Assembly: GCA_045660765.1 (NCBI GenBank)
Contig: JAZREK010000067.1
Location: 1-61,188, forward strand
Direction of reading: 5' to 3'
Source: Clostridia bacterium
GTDB lineage: Bacteria > Bacillota > Clostridia > UMGS1883
DNA: 61,188 bases
A program made the translations under genes and the position numbers. The notes under the pieces are model-generated. The model was not told the origin of the DNA. It made no database searches and was given only the letters and a program-made list of their open reading frames with translations. Shown one piece after another: positions 56,238-61,188 of this stretch. How positions within the stretch are numbered: the stretch's first letter is position 1; each line of letters starts with the position of its first letter.

Positions 56238-58031
56238 TTATTCTACCACATAATCGTATGCACCGGTTTTGCTGTTGTAACGACAGCTCATTGACCAGAA
56301 GAAACTTTCTGAATACAAATACGGACTCATATTTCCGCCATAGGCACCCGATTTTGTCGGACGAAGGCTGAACTCTGTTTTGCCCATTGCAATCTGCGCT
56401 ACAAGGCATTTTCTGTACATATCCGCACTTGTTATATTATTGGGGTCAATTTTTTCCCATTCGGGATCATATTTTTCAGGCATGGGATAACCATCCCATA
56501 TTCTGTTTTTCGCTAATGCCTCCACGCCAACCAAGAAATAAGAATGACTGAGCTGGGGTTTACTTGATACGGGATCATCCCATGTAGCATCAACAAAAAG
56601 CCACTCGCCATCTATATACACATTATTCCATGCGTGGCCTATAAGCCCGTCACTGCCCGAGGTTTCACCTGATACATAAAAGCAGGGAATTCCGCTTCTT
56701 AAATACATTTCCCTGATAAGAAGTGCATAGTGATGACAAACTCCGTATTTTGAAGCAAGAGTTATATTATTATCAAAACGATATGTTTCCTCTGCAGAAG
56801 TTCTTGCTGCCATTGCCTCATCAAGTTTTGCCTGAGTTATTCCCGGATATGGCGTAACTGTCGGGTCATAAGTTATAGTATTTACTATATAGTCGTGTAT
56901 TGCACGGGCGGTATCCTTTGGATTTTCGCGCTGAAGTCCGCCCAGCACATTGCCAACCATATCTACTTCCTTATGGATAACTGCAGGATATCTTTCTACC
57001 GGCAGTACGAAATCGCTTCCCTCTTCATACGCGCCTATTGCTTCAAGACTTACTAAATGGAATTTTCCGTCTATCGTATAAAGACTGTTATAACACGCTG
57101 TTCTGTAGTTAAAATAGAGTATTTCCGGTGCAAGCTGCGCAGTCCCCATCACAATTCCCGAAGGCATTGCGTAAGAAAAGTCAATTGCATAGGCAACATC
57201 ATTGGGGTAACCTTCCTTGATATCAAGGAAGTAATTACGACCTTCTTCTCTGTTGAAAGAAAAAATTCTGCCGTTGTTTTCGCCGTGTGTAGTCTTGAAA
57301 AGTTCGGGGATCATAAAATACTTTCCGCCGATTTCAACTATTCCGTAGCCGTAAACTCCGCCGATGTTAAGCCTTTTATCAGTAGTCTTTACCGTATAGT
57401 CAGTGGGAGCCTCCACAATGGTAAAGTTTCTGCGTTCATCCTCGTTAAGGAGTCTTGTCACAAGCGCCGCAGTTTCTGCACGGGTTATATTTTTATAAGG
57501 TTCAAACGCTGCATTGCTTCCGCTGCCAGTAAGTATTCCGGCACGGTAAAGCTTGTATATTTCCCCACAGTAAGGGGTCATTTCATTAACGTCGCAAATT
57601 GCATACACATTATTTTTAGCTTTATAAAAACTTTCAGGTTTTACTACACCGAGAAGCCCTGCAACCTCTGCGCGGCTTGCTCCCCTTGTGAAGCTGTCAA
57701 ACTGACCTTCCTTTATAATCCCGCTTTGAAGAGCTGCATCAACTGCTCCGTCATACCAATTCTCGCCTGCGGGATTTATCTTAAGTCCTGCAAGCCTTAC
57801 TGCTATTGTGAGAATTTCCGCAACGCTTATTGAAGAATCCGGGGAAAAAGTATTTTCGCTCGTTCCCTTCATTATTCCATTTTCCACACAGTCCAGTACG
57901 TAATGGTAACCCCAGTGAGTATAGTCTATATCGGTAAAGCCGGGATTATTTTGGTATGAATAGTAAGCTCCTGCCGGCACACAAGACACCAGCATAGCAA
58001 GGATAAGTAATACTGAAAATATCTTTCTCAT
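56238..58031 (-). CDS. SLH-domain surface protein with transglutaminase-like cysteine protease domain
   Basis: Three SLH repeats; Cys-His-Asp triad motifs GVCHHYA, HAWN and VDATWDD. Confidence 0.85.
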   Translation of the reverse strand: MRKIFSVLLILAMLVSCVPAGAYYSYQNNPGFTDIDYTHWGYHYVLDCVENGIMKGTSENTFSPDSSISVAEILTIAVRLAGLKINPAGENWYDGAVDAALQSGIIKEGQFDSFTRGASRAEVAGLLGVVKPESFYKAKNNVYAICDVNEMTPYCGEIYKLYRAGILTGSGSNAAFEPYKNITRAETAALVTRLLNEDERRNFTIVEAPTDYTVKTTDKRLNIGGVYGYGIVEIGGKYFMIPELFKTTHGENNGRIFSFNREEGRNYFLDIKEGYPNDVAYAIDFSYAMPSGIVMGTAQLAPEILYFNYRTACYNSLYTIDGKFHLVSLEAIGAYEEGSDFVLPVERYPAVIHKEVDMVGNVLGGLQRENPKDTARAIHDYIVNTITYDPTVTPYPGITQAKLDEAMAARTSAEETYRFDNNITLASKYGVCHHYALLIREMYLRSGIPCFYVSGETSGSDGLIGHAWNNVYIDGEWLFVDATWDDPVSSKPQLSHSYFLVGVEALAKNRIWDGYPMPEKYDPEWEKIDPNNITSADMYRKCLVAQIAMGKTEFSLRPTKSGAYGGNMSPYLYSESFFWSMSCRYNSKTGAYDYVVE

Positions 58032-58047
58032 CAGTGCATCTCCTCAG

Positions 58048-58083
58048 CCGAAATCCCGCCGTTTAAGACAGGTTCGGATTATT
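58048..58083 (-). repeat. Truncated remnant of the palindromic element family
   Basis: Reverse complement AATAATCCGAACCTGTCTTAAACGGCGGGATTTCGG matches 47482-47517 at 32/36 positions. Confidence 0.7.
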
Positions 58084-58084
58084 G

Positions 58085-59734
58085 TCAGTCAGCAAATACC
58101 ATTACTTGCTTCTTAAAGCCATCCATTTTTGTTTGTGCTTCCTCCCTAGTTTTTCCACATACGCCAAAGTAGAACTTAATCTTCGGCTCTGTGCCTGAAG
58201 GACGAACTGCAAACCAGCTTCCGTCAGAAAGGAAATATTTAAGCACATCACTCTTGGGAAGGCCATCAATACCTTCGCTGTAATCAAGCATTTTTTCAAT
58301 TTCAAGCGGAAGGGACTCTTCCCTGAATTTTTTCATGATTGATTTGATTTTTTCTACACCCTCAATACCTGTAAGGGTTTTTGTTTCAAGTGATTCAAGG
58401 AAGTATCCGTACTTTTCGTAAAGCTCGATAAGACCATCGTAGAGCGTCTTGCCCTGTGATTTGAGGTCAGCAGCAAGCTCGGCAACAAGCATTGATGCAA
58501 CAACAGCATCCTTGTCACGCGCATAGCTTCCCTTTAAGTAGCCATAGCTTTCTTCAAAGCCGAAGAGGTACTTGTCAAACTTACCCTCTGCCTCAAATTC
58601 TTTAATCTTTTCGCCGATAAATTTGAAGCCGGTAAGAACATCCATCGTTTCCATACCGAAACTGTCGGTTATTGCACGAACCATCTCGGTAGTAACGATT
58701 GTTTTAATAACCACACCCTCTTTGGGAAGTGTGCCGTCTGCCTTTTTGCTTCTTAAAATAAAATCACAAAGGAGCGCACCTATCTGATTTCCGTTAAGCA
58801 CCGCGAATGTACCATCAGATTTCTTTACAACAACACCAATTCTGTCGCTGTCAGGGTCTGTACCGAAAATGATGTCGGCATTCTGCGCTTTTGCATACTC
58901 GATAGCAAGAGTAAACGCTTCTGCATTTTCGGGGTTGGGACTTTTAACTGTCGGGAAGTTTCCGTCAGGCGCTTCCTGTTCGGGAACTACGAAAACATTT
59001 TTAACACCGATTTCATCAAGCACGCGACGAACAAGCTTGTTTCCGCTACCGTGAAGAGGGGTATATACAACCTTGAAATCCTCGGGGATTTTAATTCCGA
59101 GTGACTGTTTTTTAATAGCTTCAATATATGCCTTGTCTACATCTTCGCTGATTGATATGTAGTCCGGAGTTTCAGTAATTTTTATACCTTCGAAAATATC
59201 TATCTTCTGGATGTATTCAACAATCATATCTGCAACTTCAGGAGAAATCTGGCTGCCATCTTCTCCGTAAACCTTATACCCGTTATACTCCTTGGGATTG
59301 TGGCTTGCAGTAATAACTATACCGCGAGTACATCCAAGATGGCGAAGTGCAAACGAAAGTTCGGGAGTGGGACGAAGCGAATCAAAAAGATATGTCTTGA
59401 TACCGTTTGCACAAAGAACCTTCGCACATTCGAGAGCAAAAGAATCCGAATTATTTCTGGAGTCAAATGCAATTACTACACCCTTTTCCGAGGCTTCCTT
59501 TCCCTGCTCGCTGATTTCAAGAGCGAGTCCCTGTGTAACACGTCTTACAACGTAATTATTCATACGATTGGTACCTGCACCCATAATTCCGCGAAGGCCT
59601 GCTGTACCGAATTCAAGTTCACGATAAAATCTGTCTTCGATTTCTTTTTCGTCAAGCACGCGAAGTTCTTCTTTTACCGCTTCCTCCACTTTGTCTGATG
59701 TAAGCCACTTTTCGTATTCTGCTTTATAACTCAT
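58085..59734 (-). CDS. pgm: Phosphoglucomutase/phosphomannomutase
   Basis: FGTAGLRG, TASHNP, DPDSDR, GFEESYG and RPSGTEPK. Confidence 0.93.
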   Translation of the reverse strand: MSYKAEYEKWLTSDKVEEAVKEELRVLDEKEIEDRFYRELEFGTAGLRGIMGAGTNRMNNYVVRRVTQGLALEISEQGKEASEKGVVIAFDSRNNSDSFALECAKVLCANGIKTYLFDSLRPTPELSFALRHLGCTRGIVITASHNPKEYNGYKVYGEDGSQISPEVADMIVEYIQKIDIFEGIKITETPDYISISEDVDKAYIEAIKKQSLGIKIPEDFKVVYTPLHGSGNKLVRRVLDEIGVKNVFVVPEQEAPDGNFPTVKSPNPENAEAFTLAIEYAKAQNADIIFGTDPDSDRIGVVVKKSDGTFAVLNGNQIGALLCDFILRSKKADGTLPKEGVVIKTIVTTEMVRAITDSFGMETMDVLTGFKFIGEKIKEFEAEGKFDKYLFGFEESYGYLKGSYARDKDAVVASMLVAELAADLKSQGKTLYDGLIELYEKYGYFLESLETKTLTGIEGVEKIKSIMKKFREESLPLEIEKMLDYSEGIDGLPKSDVLKYFLSDGSWFAVRPSGTEPKIKFYFGVCGKTREEAQTKMDGFKKQVMVFAD

Positions 59735-59837
59735 AATACCACCTCTATCAAATTATTTTTAAGTAATATATGTATTGTTGTTACTTTCTATTACTTTTAT
59801 TTTACCTCAAAAAAAATCAAAAAGCAATATGATTAGG

Positions 59838-59871
59838 AAAAAACGCTGTGGAATATCCACAGCGTTTTTTT
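59838..59871 (-). terminator. Intrinsic terminator of the small QN ORF
   Basis: AAAAAACGCTGTGGA-ATA-TCCACAGCGTTTTTT. Confidence 0.8.
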
Positions 59872-59872
59872 G

Positions 59873-59995
59873 TTAGTTAAAACGAATGTTGTTGTTTTCA
59901 GAATTCTTTTTTTCGTTTTTGTTTTCCTTCTGATTCTGGTTCTGATTCTGATTCTGGTTCTGGTTCTGATTCTGGTTCTGCTTATTCTTTTCCAT
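59873..59995 (-). CDS. 40-aa Gln/Asn-repeat peptide MEKNK(QN)8QKENKNEKKNSENNNIRFN
   Basis: RBS AAAGGAG, ATG, in-frame CAG-AAY repeat with synonymous variation, TAA followed directly by a terminator. Confidence 0.75.
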   Translation of the reverse strand: MEKNKQNQNQNQNQNQNQNQNQKENKNEKKNSENNNIRFN

Positions 59996-60072
59996 GTCTA
60001 TCGCTCCTTTTTTAATTCGAGAGTTTTCTCTCAAATCTATTTTGCGCGATAGAGCGACAAATATGCATTTTA

Positions 60073-61149
60073 TTATTTCCAGATTTTTTCAATAACATCG
60101 CCTACCGCAGATGCTATCGCAAAGAAACCGAGATCATTGGGATGAGTTTTATCAATCGTGCCTTCGTTTTTACAAAGAGCCATCAAATCTTTACCATCAA
60201 GGAAATAAACATTCTTATCTCCTGCCGCTTTTGCATTTTCATAAGTTTTCTTTACAATATCGCACCAGTTTCCTCTCTGGGGAGGCTGGAAATAGCGTGG
60301 AGATGTCATTATGATTATGGGAAGATCAGGATGTTTTCCCCTTATTTTCCTGAACATTTTGGGATGAGTTTCTTTAAGGTACTCAATTGTCGGAGCATTG
60401 TGTTCATAGTCAAAAACGAAAATTGACATATCAAGATTTGAGATGTATTCTGCTATTTCGTCCTCTGCCCTTGCACTACCTGAAAAGCCGAGGTTTATGT
60501 AGTCGCAGTTAAATCTTCTTGAAATAAATCCCTGATAGCTGTTTCCTGCACGGGAAGCACATCCTCCCTGTGTGATTGAAGAGCCGTAATATACGATAGG
60601 CTTTTTATCTATATAAGGAGTAGCTTTTTCAAGATTTGCGTTTTCATCAAGTCCGATATAGAGCTTTTCCACGCCTCCGTAAAGAGGGAAATTTACTGTT
60701 ATATCGCGCATATTATTATCTTTGAATTCGCCCTTTAACGATTCATAGCCTGATTCAAGGTCCGGCGGAGCAACAAAAGTGTGCTGATACACATCTCCTT
60801 CGCCATCTCCGTAATTTACGTACATATCAAGTCCAAGTGCACCTGTAACTGAAAATTTAGCCATATCACGAAGTGCATCGCAAAGCTTTACGCTGATTGC
60901 GACATAGGGACTGTCAGTACGAAAGCGTACGCGACCACCTGCAGTATTAGCGTGAAGTGCCAATACACCGTCATTTTTTGTGCTTTTCGCAACTTCCTCG
61001 GGCATGCGGCGGAATTTTCCGTTTTCCTTATACACACCGTAAATTTTAAAAGGTTCCTGCTCAATATCGTAAAACTTAAGACCCTCGCGTTCTACTTTTC
61101 TTTCAACTTTAAAGTTCTTATCAATTGCCTCAAGACTTTTCTTCTGCAT
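60073..61149 (-). CDS. SGNH/GDSL hydrolase family protein
   Basis: YGSSITQG, NLGFSG, DYEHN and DKTHPNDLG. Confidence 0.88.
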   Translation of the reverse strand: MQKKSLEAIDKNFKVERKVEREGLKFYDIEQEPFKIYGVYKENGKFRRMPEEVAKSTKNDGVLALHANTAGGRVRFRTDSPYVAISVKLCDALRDMAKFSVTGALGLDMYVNYGDGEGDVYQHTFVAPPDLESGYESLKGEFKDNNMRDITVNFPLYGGVEKLYIGLDENANLEKATPYIDKKPIVYYGSSITQGGCASRAGNSYQGFISRRFNCDYINLGFSGSARAEDEIAEYISNLDMSIFVFDYEHNAPTIEYLKETHPKMFRKIRGKHPDLPIIIMTSPRYFQPPQRGNWCDIVKKTYENAKAAGDKNVYFLDGKDLMALCKNEGTIDKTHPNDLGFFAIASAVGDVIEKIWK

Positions 61150-61188
61150 TTTGTTTTCCCCTTTTTACTTTATTGCTTTATTTTTCCA

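Noticed and set aside
59870-60052. Hydrophobic 60-aa plus-strand ORF (LILVLIL...)
   Set aside because: Antisense reading of the QN repeat; the RBS, promoter and terminator support the minus strand.
1-61188. CRISPR array, transposases, integrases, phage or defence genes
   Set aside because: No regularly spaced direct repeats or recognisable mobile/defence protein motifs were seen.

Overview
A 61-kb, mostly housekeeping segment of a low-GC (about 40%) Clostridia-like Bacillota chromosome. It contains the 5' part of nrdD with NrdR boxes, hpf-rnmV-radC-yqeY-trmK-nif3-rnpB, a murJ-DUF5693-holB-ricT operon, dinB, uvrC, mgtE, mltG, capD-like, T-box-controlled pheST, a GlmU-N/GalK fusion, a tRNA-Leu, a ClpE/ClpC-type ATPase, the rimP-nusA-ylxR-ylxQ-infB-rbfA-nrnA-truB-ribF operon, rarA, nth, trmO, pgm and several SLH or stalk-domain surface proteins. 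I found no transposase, integrase, phage genes or CRISPR array. The most notable signals are non-coding or very small: (1) a dispersed family of ~280-320 bp branched palindromic elements (26225-26542, 47469-47747, remnant 58048-58083) with conserved junctions and loops but divergent, compensating stems; (2) a tRNA-Leu with the rare AAG anticodon, followed by a tRNA-derived structured element ending in CCA; (3) an unannotated 21-codon leader ORF with alternative hairpins upstream of mgtE; (4) an unannotated 40-aa Gln/Asn-repeat peptide with a sigma-G-like promoter; (5) an apparently catalytically dead LeuB/IDH homologue coupled to the Clp ATPase. All family assignments come from motif recognition by eye; no database searches were run.
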